A program made the translations under genes and the position numbers. This document shows positions 7,814-18,546 of a stretch of 32,000 nucleotides of DNA, piece after piece (position 1 is the stretch's first letter; every line of letters begins with the position of its first letter). Origin of the DNA: Pseudomonadota bacterium (GTDB lineage Bacteria; Pseudomonadota; Alphaproteobacteria; Rhodospirillales; Magnetospirillaceae); contig JAEXAH010000019.1 of the NCBI GenBank assembly GCA_023458315.1, forward strand, positions 1 to 32,000, read 5' to 3'. The notes under the pieces were generated by a model. It had not been told where the DNA came from, did no database searches, and saw only the letters and a list, made by a program, of their open reading frames with translations.

Positions 7814-9952
7814 CTACTTAACATTAAATGTTACTTCCAATGGCTTCTTGCCTGATAATTTTTCACTTGTCTTGTCAGGTTGTGACCCTCCGACATATAA
7901 AGTGAAATCACCATTTTCAATATAACGTTTTCCTGCTTCGTCAACAATGGTCATTGAATTTGAGGCTATTTCAAAAGTCACGGTCTTCTTTTCGCCGCTC
8001 TTTAAGTATATTCTCTTAAAGCCGCACAGGCTGTGTTTAGGAACCCTTACTGAAGCTTCCATATCCTTTATATATACCTGTACAACTTCCTCAGAGTCAA
8101 TACTTCCCGTATTCTGAACATCTACTGATACAGACAGGTTCTCTCCATTATTTATATTCTGAGGACATACTATATTGGAGTATTCAAATTTCGTGTAGGA
8201 TAAGCCGAATCCGAAAGGATACAATGCTTCTCCCTTCATGAACTTGTATGTTCTGTTTTCCATTGAGTAGTCTGTAAATGGAGGGAGCTCTTCTGTTGAC
8301 TTGTAGAAGGTAACAGGAAGTCTTCCCGCAGGAGAGTAATCTCCAAATATCATTTCTGCAAATGCAAGACCGCCTCTTGAACCCGGATACCAGCACTGAA
8401 CTATAGCCGCTGCCTTGTCAGCTGCATCTCCAATTGACAATGCACTTCCTGAGAGTAATGCTACAATTGTAGGCTTACCTGTTGCGAGAACAGCGTTAAG
8501 CAGGTTTCTCTGGGATTGTGGAAGATTTAGATCAGCCTTGTCGCCTCCTGCATCCAGTATTACTGTACCCTGATCGTTCTGTTCACCTTCAACTGAAGAG
8601 TCAAGGCCAAGGCACAGAACAACTACATCACTTCTCTCCGCTGCGGAAACAGCCTCTTTTAGTCTGTCATCAGGCTGTGCAAGGTCTTCATCTCTGTTCA
8701 TGAAAAGGTGACTTCCCATTGAATACCATACTCTTGTATCCTCGGAAACCCTTCTGCGGATTCCGTCCAGGATAGTGATATTCTGAGATGGGGTTCCGCT
8801 GTAGTTAGCCCTTAGTGCTAAACTGCTGTCTGCGTTTGGTCCAATAACAGCTATATTTTTGATCTTTTTGCTGTCCAATGGCAGTAATCCGTCATTTTTA
8901 AGTAATACCATTGATTTTTTTGCAGCTTCAAGTGAAAGTTTGTTGTGTTCTACAGAGTCGTTCAACTCATAAGGAATCTTATCGAACTCACAATCATCAT
9001 CAAACATACCAAGCTTCATTCTGGTTGTCATAAGCCTGATAGCTGCACGGTCAATATCCTCTTCTGTGATTCTACCTTCTTTAAGTGCAAGAAGAATAAG
9101 AAGATACATATTTCCGCAGTTAAGGTCACAACCATTCTTTAATGCAAGTGCCACAGATTCAGTTGGTGTTTTGGTAACTCCGTGTCCTTCATGAAAATCC
9201 TTTATTGCCCAGCAATCTGAAACAACATGTCCTTCAAAGCCCCATCCGTCTCTTAAAATATCCTTCAAGAGGGTTTTACTTCCGTTGCAGGGTTCTCCGT
9301 TAGTTCTGTTGTAAGCTCCCATTACTGATTCTACTTTTGCTTCTTTAACAAGTGCTTCAAAAGCAGGTAAGTATGTTTCATACAAATCCTGTTGTGAAAC
9401 AACCGCATCAAAGTGATGTCTGTCATCCTCCGGTCCGCTGTGAACTGCAAAGTGCTTTGCACAGGCAGCCGTTTTAAGGTGCTTTCCAGCCCCCTGTAAG
9501 CCTTTTACAAATGCAACTCCAAGTCTGGAAGTCAGATATGGATCTTCTCCGTATGTCTCATGTCCACGTCCCCACCTGGGGTCCCTGAATATATTGACAT
9601 TAGGCGACCAGAAGGTTATACCTTTGTATATATCCCTGTCGCCTTTTTTTGCGCTCTCATTGTATTTAGCTCTTCCTTCTGTTGCAATTACATCTGCAAT
9701 TTTCTCAAGAAATTCATCATCAAATATTGCAGCCATTCCTATTGCTTGCGGAAATACTGTTGCAACACCTGCTCTTGCAACTCCGTGCAAAGCTTCGTTC
9801 CACCAGTTATATCTGGGAATTCCCAGTCTTTCTACAGGTTGTGCGTCGTACCTAAGTTGTGAAGCTTTTTCTTCCAAAGTCATTCTTGATACTAGATCGG
9901 CAGCTCTTTCTTTAAATGAAAGGCTTTTGTCCAAATATTTCGGCTTTTCCAT
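7814..9952 (-). CDS. Glycoside hydrolase family 3 beta-glucosidase/beta-xylosidase with C-terminal Fn3-like domain
   Basis: GH3 motifs are present: KHFAVHSGPE, and GHVVSDCWAI carrying the nucleophile Asp in the SDC context seen in xylosidase-like GH3s. It has GH3 C-terminal and Fn3-like regions and no signal peptide. Start set at 9952 (MEKPKYL) behind a GGAGG SD. Confidence 0.8.
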   Translation of the reverse strand: MEKPKYLDKSLSFKERAADLVSRMTLEEKASQLRYDAQPVERLGIPRYNWWNEALHGVARAGVATVFPQAIGMAAIFDDEFLEKIADVIATEGRAKYNESAKKGDRDIYKGITFWSPNVNIFRDPRWGRGHETYGEDPYLTSRLGVAFVKGLQGAGKHLKTAACAKHFAVHSGPEDDRHHFDAVVSQQDLYETYLPAFEALVKEAKVESVMGAYNRTNGEPCNGSKTLLKDILRDGWGFEGHVVSDCWAIKDFHEGHGVTKTPTESVALALKNGCDLNCGNMYLLILLALKEGRITEEDIDRAAIRLMTTRMKLGMFDDDCEFDKIPYELNDSVEHNKLSLEAAKKSMVLLKNDGLLPLDSKKIKNIAVIGPNADSSLALRANYSGTPSQNITILDGIRRRVSEDTRVWYSMGSHLFMNRDEDLAQPDDRLKEAVSAAERSDVVVLCLGLDSSVEGEQNDQGTVILDAGGDKADLNLPQSQRNLLNAVLATGKPTIVALLSGSALSIGDAADKAAAIVQCWYPGSRGGLAFAEMIFGDYSPAGRLPVTFYKSTEELPPFTDYSMENRTYKFMKGEALYPFGFGLSYTKFEYSNIVCPQNINNGENLSVSVDVQNTGSIDSEEVVQVYIKDMEASVRVPKHSLCGFKRIYLKSGEKKTVTFEIASNSMTIVDEAGKRYIENGDFTLYVGGSQPDKTSEKLSGKKPLEVTFNVK

Positions 9953-10045
9953 TGTTAACCTCCACAATCCGCAAATATGCGATTAATAAATAATATCACT
10001 CAATATCCCATTATACAGGATACTAAGCGACATTATAATATCTTT

Positions 10046-10900
10046 TTAGCCTTTTACTGCACCAACGACAAGACTATCCTGAACTTTTTTACTCATTAAC
10101 GCATATATAATAAGAGTTGGGATAGTGGCCACCATCAAGCCTGCACCTATTGGTCCCCATTCTGTTGTATATTGTCCTGCCAGAGACTGGATACCGACTG
10201 TTAGTGTCTTGTATTTTGCATCGCTAATGAACACAACAGCATACATCAGCTCATTCCATGCCTGAAGGAATGTAAAAATTGTAACTGTGGCAATTGCAGG
10301 CGTCATAAGCGGAAGTATAATTGAGAAAAATATTTTATAAATGCTGGATCCGTCAATACAGGCAGCCTCTTCCATTTCTCTTGGAATAGAACTCATAAAT
10401 CCTGAGAAAATCAATAAAGCCATAGGTATTGCAAATGCAGTATACGGAACTATCAGCGCCCAGTAGGAGTTAACCATCTTTAAGTTTCTCAGCATTATAA
10501 ATATAGGAAGAAGTGCTGAATGAAGAGGAACCGTCAATCCAAGTACAAAGAATGAATTTAAGGGCTTTCTCAGTTTAAACACCATCCTGGTCAAAGCATA
10601 TGAAGCCATAACTGCTATTATACTTGTAAGTACAATGGTTGCTGCCGTTACAATTATACTATTCATGAAATACCTTCCTACATTACCCTGTAACAAAGCA
10701 TTGCTATAGTTTGACCACAGCCATTTTGCCGGAAGCCCTATAGGGTTTCCTCCGAAAATTTCAGAATTATCCTTTAATGAGAAAGAGAACATCCAATACA
10801 GAGGAAACAACTGAATGACTGCTACTATGAAAAGTGCTACGTACATAAGGATTTTTGATATGGAAAATCTTGAAGTTCTACCCTGAACTATGTCACTCAT
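10046..10900 (-). CDS. Carbohydrate ABC transporter permease (MalG-like)
   Basis: Six-TM binding-protein-dependent transport permease with an EAA-like loop (EEAACIDGSSIYKIFFSIILP). Start at 10900 (MSDIVQ) behind AAGGAGG; its ATG overlaps the upstream TGA (ATGA). Confidence 0.85.
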   Translation of the reverse strand: MSDIVQGRTSRFSISKILMYVALFIVAVIQLFPLYWMFSFSLKDNSEIFGGNPIGLPAKWLWSNYSNALLQGNVGRYFMNSIIVTAATIVLTSIIAVMASYALTRMVFKLRKPLNSFFVLGLTVPLHSALLPIFIMLRNLKMVNSYWALIVPYTAFAIPMALLIFSGFMSSIPREMEEAACIDGSSIYKIFFSIILPLMTPAIATVTIFTFLQAWNELMYAVVFISDAKYKTLTVGIQSLAGQYTTEWGPIGAGLMVATIPTLIIYALMSKKVQDSLVVGAVKG

Positions 10901-11787
10901 TTTGCTTCCTCCTTTTCTCTGAACAATAGACTTACAAGGATGGATAAGGCAAAACATTCAAGGATTACAAATACAGCCATTGCACTACCGTACCCGTACT
11001 GGTTACCTTTAAATATTGTACTTACCATATATGTGCCTATTACTTCACTTGCGTGTGCAGGCCCTCCGCCTGTCAAAACATATACAAGATCAAATACTTT
11101 CAGTGCGCCTGTAACAGCGAATATAACTGACACATTCAATACAGGCTTCAACATCGGTATTGTTATTTTCATAGATGTATTCCACCAAGAAGATCCATCA
11201 ATTACTGCCGCTTCGAAAACATCGGTGGAAATAGATTTTATACCTGCATACATTAAGAGCATATGATATCCGATATACTGCCATATTATAGGAATAAATG
11301 TAGCAGCTAATGCCCTACTGGGGTCACCCAGCCATTCTGATGCAAAAGACCCTAAACCAATTGCCTTCAATAATAAGTTAAGAATTCCATAATCAGGGTT
11401 ATATATTTTCATCCATAGCTGTCCTATAACAACTGTAGAAATAATAACCGGTATAAAGTAGATAGTTACTAAGCTCTTTTCAAACTTAACACCTTTTGCA
11501 AGTACCAGAGCTAAAAGCAACGAAATGGGAAGCTGAATAAATACTGATGCAATTGCCAAAATTAATGAATTTACTGCTGCTTTGACGAATATTGGATCAG
11601 AAAGAAGTCCTTTATAGTTTTGCAGACCTATAAAAGTACCTTTGCCAAATCCCGACCAATCCTGCAAGCTGTAGTACGTTGACATTACGATAGGTATTAT
11701 TATTAATCCGATAAATACAACCAGAGCCGGAAACAGGAAAAATACTATTGCCTTCTTATTGCCTAAAACTCTATCCACCAAACTCAC
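10897..11787 (-). CDS. Carbohydrate ABC transporter permease (MalF-like)
   Basis: Multi-TM permease with an EAA loop (FEAAVIDGSSWWNTSMKITIP). The start is ambiguous among GTG 11787, TTG 11781 and GTG 11778, all next to a GAAGGAAG SD. Confidence 0.85.
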   Translation of the reverse strand: MSLVDRVLGNKKAIVFFLFPALVVFIGLIIIPIVMSTYYSLQDWSGFGKGTFIGLQNYKGLLSDPIFVKAAVNSLILAIASVFIQLPISLLLALVLAKGVKFEKSLVTIYFIPVIISTVVIGQLWMKIYNPDYGILNLLLKAIGLGSFASEWLGDPSRALAATFIPIIWQYIGYHMLLMYAGIKSISTDVFEAAVIDGSSWWNTSMKITIPMLKPVLNVSVIFAVTGALKVFDLVYVLTGGGPAHASEVIGTYMVSTIFKGNQYGYGSAMAVFVILECFALSILVSLLFREKEEAK

Positions 11788-11826
11788 TTCCTTCTATAAA
11801 GTATATTTAATATGTTCATATAGTTT

Positions 11827-11878
11827 GGCGTCCATTTTTCTGCCATGTGTTGTTGACTCAAGCAAACAAATGGACGCC
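11827..11878 (-). other. Intercistronic stem-loop between binding-protein and permease genes
   Basis: 11-bp arms GGCGTCCATTT (11827-11837) and AAATGGACGCC (11868-11878) with a 30-nt loop. There is no U-tract on the minus strand, so it is more likely an mRNA-stability or partial-attenuation element, as is common after SBP genes. Confidence 0.4.
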
Positions 11879-11893
11879 TTTTATTATCTTTGA

Positions 11894-13213
11894 TTATTTA
11901 TTGTAAATTGTCTGTAAACTATCAACAAACTGTTGAGGAGTTTTTGAACCCATAAACAATTCCTGTAATGAATTCAGGTAGGTTTCTGTATCTTTACCGG
12001 CAAGAAGTGTATCCCACCAGATTGTAAATGATTCAGCATCTTTGGTAAGATTAACAACATCAACAAGTGAAGGATTCAGCTTGCTTGTGTCAACATCTGT
12101 TTTCCATGCTGGCATTGACGCACCTGAAAGATATGATTCCTTAGACATATTTTCAGCAAAGTACTTCTGGAACTTAAGTGCTTCTTCTTTGTTCTTTGAA
12201 TTTGCACTTACCATTACAGCGTCAACAGCTCCACCTGTAAATTGCTTAGGATTTCCAAGTCCGCCCGGTATTGACGGGAAGGATATTGCCTTGATCTTTC
12301 CTGCAACCTTTGAATCCTTTGATCCTGCTTTTCCTGCAGTCCAGCTACCTTTGAACATCATTGGTATCTTTCCTTCAAAGAATGGTACTTCAGCTTCATC
12401 GTTTGATACTCCGGCAGCACCCTTTGAGAATGCTCCTGCATCAATCAATTCTTTAAATCTGTTAGCTGCATTCAGGAATTCAGGATCCTTGAATGAACCT
12501 TTCTTTGTAAGAGTTTTTGTTACCTTTTCAGGTCCCGCAGCTCTTAATGCCATTACATCAAAGTACATTGCTATTGTCCATTTGTCCTTACCTGAAACAG
12601 CCATAGGGGTTATTCCTTTTGATTTAAAGGTCTTTACGGCTGTAAGAAGTTCTTCCCAGGTAGTAGGAGCTTTTACACCATTCTTGTCAAAAAGTTCCGT
12701 ATTTATAAACAATGCTCCACAGGAAAGGAAGAATGGTAATCCATAAACCTTTCCATCGTAAGTTACATTAGTTAATGCACCGTTAACAAGCTTATTTTTC
12801 ATATCTTCGGGCACATCAAGGGCTACTACTGAATTTGACTTAACAAATGGCTCTGAGAAACCGCCGCCCCATGTAGAAAAAATATCAGGAAGCTCATTTG
12901 CTGCTGCCATTGCTTTAATCTTTGTTTTATATGCTTCATTTTCATTAGTATCAACCTTGATCTTCACATTTGGGTTTGCAGTCTGATAATCATCCACAAC
13001 TTTCTTAGCTGCAGGTGTAAATGGGTCTGCTGCTGATCCCCAAATATGGCTGAATTTCAGTTCAACATTTTTAGCACTACTTCCACTTGCATTATTAGTT
13101 GTACCTGTGGCATTGTTACCTGTCGTATTCTTGCCGCATGCCACCATTCCAACTGTTAATGCTCCCGCCAGTATAAATGCCGTTCCTCTTTTTGCCACTG
13201 ACATTTTGTTCAT
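11894..13213 (-). CDS. Sugar ABC transporter substrate-binding lipoprotein (solute-binding family 1)
   Basis: Signal peptide with lipobox (LTVGMVAC|GKN), an Asn/Thr/Ser-rich linker, then a family-1 SBP body. Start at 13213 (MNKMSVAK) behind AAGGAGGAA. Confidence 0.85.
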   Translation of the reverse strand: MNKMSVAKRGTAFILAGALTVGMVACGKNTTGNNATGTTNNASGSSAKNVELKFSHIWGSAADPFTPAAKKVVDDYQTANPNVKIKVDTNENEAYKTKIKAMAAANELPDIFSTWGGGFSEPFVKSNSVVALDVPEDMKNKLVNGALTNVTYDGKVYGLPFFLSCGALFINTELFDKNGVKAPTTWEELLTAVKTFKSKGITPMAVSGKDKWTIAMYFDVMALRAAGPEKVTKTLTKKGSFKDPEFLNAANRFKELIDAGAFSKGAAGVSNDEAEVPFFEGKIPMMFKGSWTAGKAGSKDSKVAGKIKAISFPSIPGGLGNPKQFTGGAVDAVMVSANSKNKEEALKFQKYFAENMSKESYLSGASMPAWKTDVDTSKLNPSLVDVVNLTKDAESFTIWWDTLLAGKDTETYLNSLQELFMGSKTPQQFVDSLQTIYNK

Positions 13214-13463
13214 CCTTATTCCTCCTTGAAATAATGTGATATGGTAATAATATAGGTAATGTTGCATAAAGTAAACGTAAAATGGTTACCTATAATTGTG
13301 CATTATTTTTACTTATAGAATTGCCACAACCCGCCTCCAATCCCATTTCTGAAATATTTGCACAATATGCATAATAACGTTATGTCAATCTCTAATTCAC
13401 GTATGGTATAATGACTTCACACGCTCATTTGAAACTATTATCTGCATTTTTACGGAGTTATAT

Positions 13464-15232
13464 ATGAAATCTTTTAAGCATTTTATGGAAACAGCAAAGA
13501 CTATGTTTTTAAATACCTCTATAAGAAGCAAAATGCTTGTTATTTTCATGGTATTTATGCTTTTTTATGTAATAATTAGTGCCGTTATTTATGTCAATGT
13601 AATAAAAACCGAAACTTTAAGTCAGGTTCGTCAGCGCTCACATGAGACAACTGAGCTTATACGTACAAATATAGACACTATGATTGCTAATGCAAATAAT
13701 GTTTCCAAAATGATGACTACCAATTCTCTTATACGGTCATATCTTAAGTCAGATAATCAGTCTCGTAGTTTGTCTAAAAGTGCCAACGAGGTTATGTTCA
13801 ATATTCACATAACCTTTACGAATATTGATTCAATTTACCTTTACGATTTACATGGTTCGGTGCTGCGAACCAATAAATTCCTTACAAGTTCAAGCGTGGA
13901 GGATGTAAAAGATGCACCCTGGTTTGATGAGCTTGTCAATCTCAACGGAGGCTATAAAATAGCTATAAATGCACAGGATACCCTTAGAACATATTCAGGC
14001 AAAAATCTTGTGTCCGTTATGAGAGTTTTGAACGACCTTGACAGCCTTAAGCCCATTGGAGTTATAGTATTGAACATTTCGCAAGACAACATAGCGGATG
14101 TTGTCAATGAAACCAGTGCAAACGGAGGATCTTCCTTTATAATTCTTGATGCAGATAATAATCCCGTTATTAAAAATGATGCTGCCTACGAGACGTATAA
14201 CACGTATCTTGCAAGAATATCCGGTGACGAGGATATAATAACCATCAACAACAAAAGATTACTTGTATTCAAATCTGATATGCCGGATACAGGCTGGAAA
14301 ATAATAAGCTGCACAAGTCTTTCCTCTAAGTCACCTGCAATTCGTACCTTGAATGTACTGTATGTGCTGTTTATAGGAATTACTATCTTTTTATTTATAG
14401 TCGCTTCACTTTTCACTGCAAGCCTGATAACCTCACCTATCAAGAAGCTTATAAATTCAATGCAAGGTGTCGCAAATGGGGTTTTCAAGCGAGTAAGCTA
14501 TAACACGGGGAACGATGAAATAGGTGAACTTAAAAACAATTACAACCTTATGATTATGGAAATAAACAACCTAATAATAAAGCTTTTAGACGAAGAAAAG
14601 AAAAAGCGCAAATTCGAGCTGGATGTTTTAAATGAACAAATAAAACCCCACTTTTTATACAATACTCTTGATAATATTGCCTACTTGGCATTATCCGGCA
14701 ACAATAAAACTGTATATGAAGCAGTAAATGCACTGGGTAGCTTTTGCAGAATCAGCTCAGCAAAGGTTCGGAAGTTATAAGCTTAGAGAACGAAGTACGT
14801 CAGATACAAAACTATCTGTTGCTCCAAAAGCTACGTTATGGTGAGATGATTAGCGCCAAGTACGATATAGACCCGGATACAAACCAAATTAAAATACTCA
14901 AGAATATTCTTCAGCCCTTAGTAGAAAACAGTATATATCACGGTATCAGGCCCAGCGGTGAACCCGGTTTTATTAAAACCTCAGCACATATTAAGGGTGA
15001 TTGTCTTATATTGTCCGTTGAAGATGACGGTATTGGAATGGATGAGCAGGAAATTAAAAGTATATCAGATGAAAATCTTGCAGGAAATCAAGCCAGTTTT
15101 GGACTTAGAGGCACGATACAGCGACTAAAGATACATTATGGCACTAATGATATATATTTGGTAGAAAGCAGCAAGTATTCAGGTACTAAAATAACACTGA
15201 AAATTCCGTTAGAGGGGGATAAAGATGACTGA
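13464..15232 (+). pseudogene. YesM-type sensor histidine kinase split by a single-base frameshift
   Basis: ORF 13464-14780 carries the TM, sensor, HAMP and H-box (KPHFLYNTLDNI). ORF 14744-15232 carries the N-box (LVENSIYHG) and G-box (DDGIGMD). The two frames join into the family-typical ..FCRIS/LSKGSEVISLENE.. if one base is added at about 14756 (AGC-CTC read as AGCTC). Confidence 0.75.
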
Positions 15233-16829
15233 TAAACCTTTGAATGTTCTGATAGTAGATGATGAAAGCAACACAAGGGATCTTTTAAAATTATCCATTG
15301 ACTGGAAAGGGCTGAGGATGGAGGCTGTGGGAGATGCCACCAGCGGGCTTGAAGCTCTTGACATGCTGGACGAGTTGAACCCCGATATTGTAATCACTGA
15401 TATACAGATGCCGTATATGGACGGATTAACCCTGAGTAAAAAAATCAAGGAGACACATCCGGATATATCTATCATTATTCTCACGGCACACGATGAGTTT
15501 TCTTATGCACAGAATGCCGTTTCCATAGGTGTGTCCGATTTTATACTGAAACCGATTAACAAGGATACTATTTACGAAATTCTTTCAAAGGTTGGCAACA
15601 GCATACGAGCGACAAGAGAACGTCTTGGGAAGTTGGAGATGTCTCACCAGTATATGCAGAGTAATATAATGATTTTCCAGAACAAAGTTCTTAATGACCT
15701 TATTTTAAACAGAAATTTAACCTTTCAAGCCGGTGAACTGGAAATGATGAATATAAATTTTGATACTGATTACGATTTGTATCAGATTTCATTAATTAAT
15801 ATAGGAATGGAAATAAACAAATTTAACAATCTTGAGAGGCAGATGCTTCTGGAAAACTGTTGCAGCTATATTAAGGATTTTTATTTCAAAAATATCCATG
15901 CCTATGTTTTTACAGATATTCAAAGTAATATAGTATTGCTGAATAATGACAAGTCAATTTCTTTAAGCGGTATTTCAGAACATGTCGCTCTTTATTTCAG
16001 GGAGCACTTTTCATCCTCTGTATCCTGTGGTATAGGCCTGGAGGTGCATTCCCTTGACAATATGTACAAATCCTACCGTCAAGCATTGAATGCATTAAAC
16101 CTGTGTTATATTACAGGAGAAGAAATAATTTATGCCGACTCCCAAATGAGTGAATTTGAAATCGATACGGGGTTTGACCGCAACTTGCTAACTGATAATA
16201 TGAAACTTGCAATAAAATCAGGAGCAACAGAACAGGCTTTGGAGATTACCAAAAAAGTGCTATACAATTATACCCGTGAAAATATAAACAATCTGGATGC
16301 AGTAAAGATATTTTCAATAAACATGTGCAATTATATAAAGGAGCTCCTTTCTGAATTGAAAATTCCTTATGCCGGAACCCTTTCTCTATCAGGTGATTTT
16401 CTGTTGGACATATTCAAAATGGAAAAGTATTCAGATTTGGAAAATACTATCCTGGGAGTTATTGAAATAGCTGCCAATCTTATTACTGAAACTTTGAACA
16501 GTAAAAGCAAGTCTATTGTGGATGAAATTAAAAAATATATAGATGAAAACTATAGTGACAACAACCTTACTCTAAAGGTAGTTGCAGATAAATTTTATAT
16601 TAATTCAAGCTATTTAAGCCGTATATTCAAAAAAGGCACCGGAATTACCTTCTCAGAATACCTTACAAAAGTACGGATAGATAATGCCAAATCAATACTT
16701 AAAGAACAGGACTGCAAGGCCTATCAATTGGCACAAATGATAGGAATCCCTGACCCCAACTACTTTGTAAAGTGCTTTAAAAAAGTTGTAGGTATATCCT
16801 TTGCCGAATATAAGCTCCAAAAGGCGTAG
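15225..16829 (+). CDS. YesN-type response regulator (CheY receiver + AraC-family HTH)
   Basis: Receiver motifs VLIVDDE and DIVITDIQMPYMDG are present, with a C-terminal AraC HTH (YLSRIFKKGTGITFSEYLTKVRIDNAKSIL). It overlaps the kinase stop by 8 nt. Confidence 0.9.
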   Translation: MTDKPLNVLIVDDESNTRDLLKLSIDWKGLRMEAVGDATSGLEALDMLDELNPDIVITDIQMPYMDGLTLSKKIKETHPDISIIILTAHDEFSYAQNAVSIGVSDFILKPINKDTIYEILSKVGNSIRATRERLGKLEMSHQYMQSNIMIFQNKVLNDLILNRNLTFQAGELEMMNINFDTDYDLYQISLINIGMEINKFNNLERQMLLENCCSYIKDFYFKNIHAYVFTDIQSNIVLLNNDKSISLSGISEHVALYFREHFSSSVSCGIGLEVHSLDNMYKSYRQALNALNLCYITGEEIIYADSQMSEFEIDTGFDRNLLTDNMKLAIKSGATEQALEITKKVLYNYTRENINNLDAVKIFSINMCNYIKELLSELKIPYAGTLSLSGDFLLDIFKMEKYSDLENTILGVIEIAANLITETLNSKSKSIVDEIKKYIDENYSDNNLTLKVVADKFYINSSYLSRIFKKGTGITFSEYLTKVRIDNAKSILKEQDCKAYQLAQMIGIPDPNYFVKCFKKVVGISFAEYKLQKA

Positions 16830-16873
16830 GGGCTGTTGCAAAACAGAAAGTTTTTTTGTTTTGCAACAGTCCC
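16829..16873 (+). terminator. Stem-loop terminator between convergent genes
   Basis: 16-bp stem GGGGCTGTTGCAAAAC / GTTTTGCAACAGTCCC (one G-U pair) starts at the regulator stop codon. Only a short TTT follows. Confidence 0.5.
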
Positions 16874-16941
16874 TTTGGCCTCTCCTCTTAATTGCCCTAA
16901 CTTATCCTTAAGATGGTTATGCTCAATGAATTAACAGTTCC

Positions 16942-18546
16942 TTATAATTCCTTAAACTTTCTAACGCCTATTGTACTTAGCGCTTTTATAAGTATATATG
17001 CCAATATAGCCAAAGCAACACAAACCAGTTCCATAAACAGGTTAGTGTTGGAAGGCTTTATAAGGATAAACAGTACAGCCGGAACTCCCATGATTATAAC
17101 GCTGGTAATCATAGCTACGAAAATACTCGCACTTTGCTTTACTACCGAAACCTGTGTGGTCCATTCTAGTTTTGGGAAGTATAGGTTTACCAGAATACCG
17201 ATAACGGGAGAAACTATACACAATAGCAACGAGAGCAAAAACAGGACTATTACCGTTTCAGCACTCATTTTGAAGGCAATTGCCACAATCACCACATTTA
17301 TAATAACTGCCGGAATAGTCAGCGTCATATTCAGGAGTATTTTACTCCAAAGTATATTCTCTATTTTTAAAGGAAGAGATTTGATAATCCAAAGGCTTTT
17401 TCCTTCAAGAGAGATTGATGCCGCTGTTACAAAGGTAAAACTTATACAAAATGCAAATACCAGAGCAACTACCGGCGTTATATATGAACCTGCCATTGGG
17501 AGTTCTAACATCACCGAAACCTTATCCTTACCAAATACTGCAACTGCCAAGGAAAAAATAAACATCATTATTACGCCCACTGCGGTATTGGTTACATATA
17601 TATACGAAGATAGATAGAATCTCAATTCTTTCATATACAGCGCTTTCATAACCCCTGAAGCTTTTAGCGTTGTAACCTTGTAGTTAGATGCCTTGTATCT
17701 TTCGGACATTCTGGAATTAATAGTTTTAAACCCTCTTGAGAATATGAAAAGGAATGCACCGAAAACTACTGCACTCACCAAAATAAATGCTGCAAGGTAC
17801 AAGATATTTGTGTTGCTTAAAGCCCTGATATACAGGTTCGTCCAGAAAAGAACCTTTGTCACACCAGTTATTGCCGGAATAGCACTCTGAACCTGCTGCT
17901 GATTAATCCCGGAAATCATATTGGGCACAACCATAAATGCAATAATAATTACAAAGGTACCAATTAGCATTAAAACATTAGTTGATCTGAACTTCGAGGA
18001 TATACGTCCAAGTATATAAGCTAAAACGGCACCTATGGATATTGGAATAAGGGGTACAAACAAGGTTGCCACCGCAACAAAAAGATAGTACATAACCCCT
18101 GCACGAGTGTTTATCCCGTAAATGACCAGAGAGGGAATTCCAGCAAGTACACTTATGGCAAGGTTCGAAAGATAAACAAAAATCATCTTACTTGCCAGAA
18201 CTGCCGAAGGTTTTACAGGCAGGGACATCAGTAAATCAAAATCCCTGAAAGAAAACAGATATCCCGGTATTTTGTATATACTCATAAAAAGTGAGAATAG
18301 AGTAGTAGACAAAATAGAGCTTCCTATAAGCAGCTCCAGTGAATTTAATTCTTTAAGAATCTTACCAAGGGGAAAGTATAACATAAACATAGTGAAGGCC
18401 AGCATACAAAAAGCGTATACAATAAGTAAGCCCAGCAGTGCAGTCTTTACCTTATCCGAAGTGGATTTTGATTTTAGTGCCTTGTTTATTCCCCAGGAAT
18501 TAATTATGTTTGCTTTAATTAAAAGAAATATACTATTCATTATCAA
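16942..18546 (-). CDS. Polytopic ABC-2-type exporter permease
   Basis: 534 aa, hydrophobic throughout (more than 10 predicted TM segments). It overlaps the upstream ATPase gene. The start is either TTG 18546 or ATG 18540. Confidence 0.7.
   Translation of the reverse strand: MIMNSIFLLIKANIINSWGINKALKSKSTSDKVKTALLGLLIVYAFCMLAFTMFMLYFPLGKILKELNSLELLIGSSILSTTLFSLFMSIYKIPGYLFSFRDFDLLMSLPVKPSAVLASKMIFVYLSNLAISVLAGIPSLVIYGINTRAGVMYYLFVAVATLFVPLIPISIGAVLAYILGRISSKFRSTNVLMLIGTFVIIIAFMVVPNMISGINQQQVQSAIPAITGVTKVLFWTNLYIRALSNTNILYLAAFILVSAVVFGAFLFIFSRGFKTINSRMSERYKASNYKVTTLKASGVMKALYMKELRFYLSSYIYVTNTAVGVIMMFIFSLAVAVFGKDKVSVMLELPMAGSYITPVVALVFAFCISFTFVTAASISLEGKSLWIIKSLPLKIENILWSKILLNMTLTIPAVIINVVIVAIAFKMSAETVIVLFLLSLLLCIVSPVIGILVNLYFPKLEWTTQVSVVKQSASIFVAMITSVIIMGVPAVLFILIKPSNTNLFMELVCVALAILAYILIKALSTIGVRKFKEL

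Noticed and set aside
14744-14780. Programmed ribosomal frameshift joining the two kinase ORFs
   Set aside because: There is no slippery heptamer or downstream stimulatory structure at the junction. A single missing base (mutation or sequencing error) is the simpler explanation.
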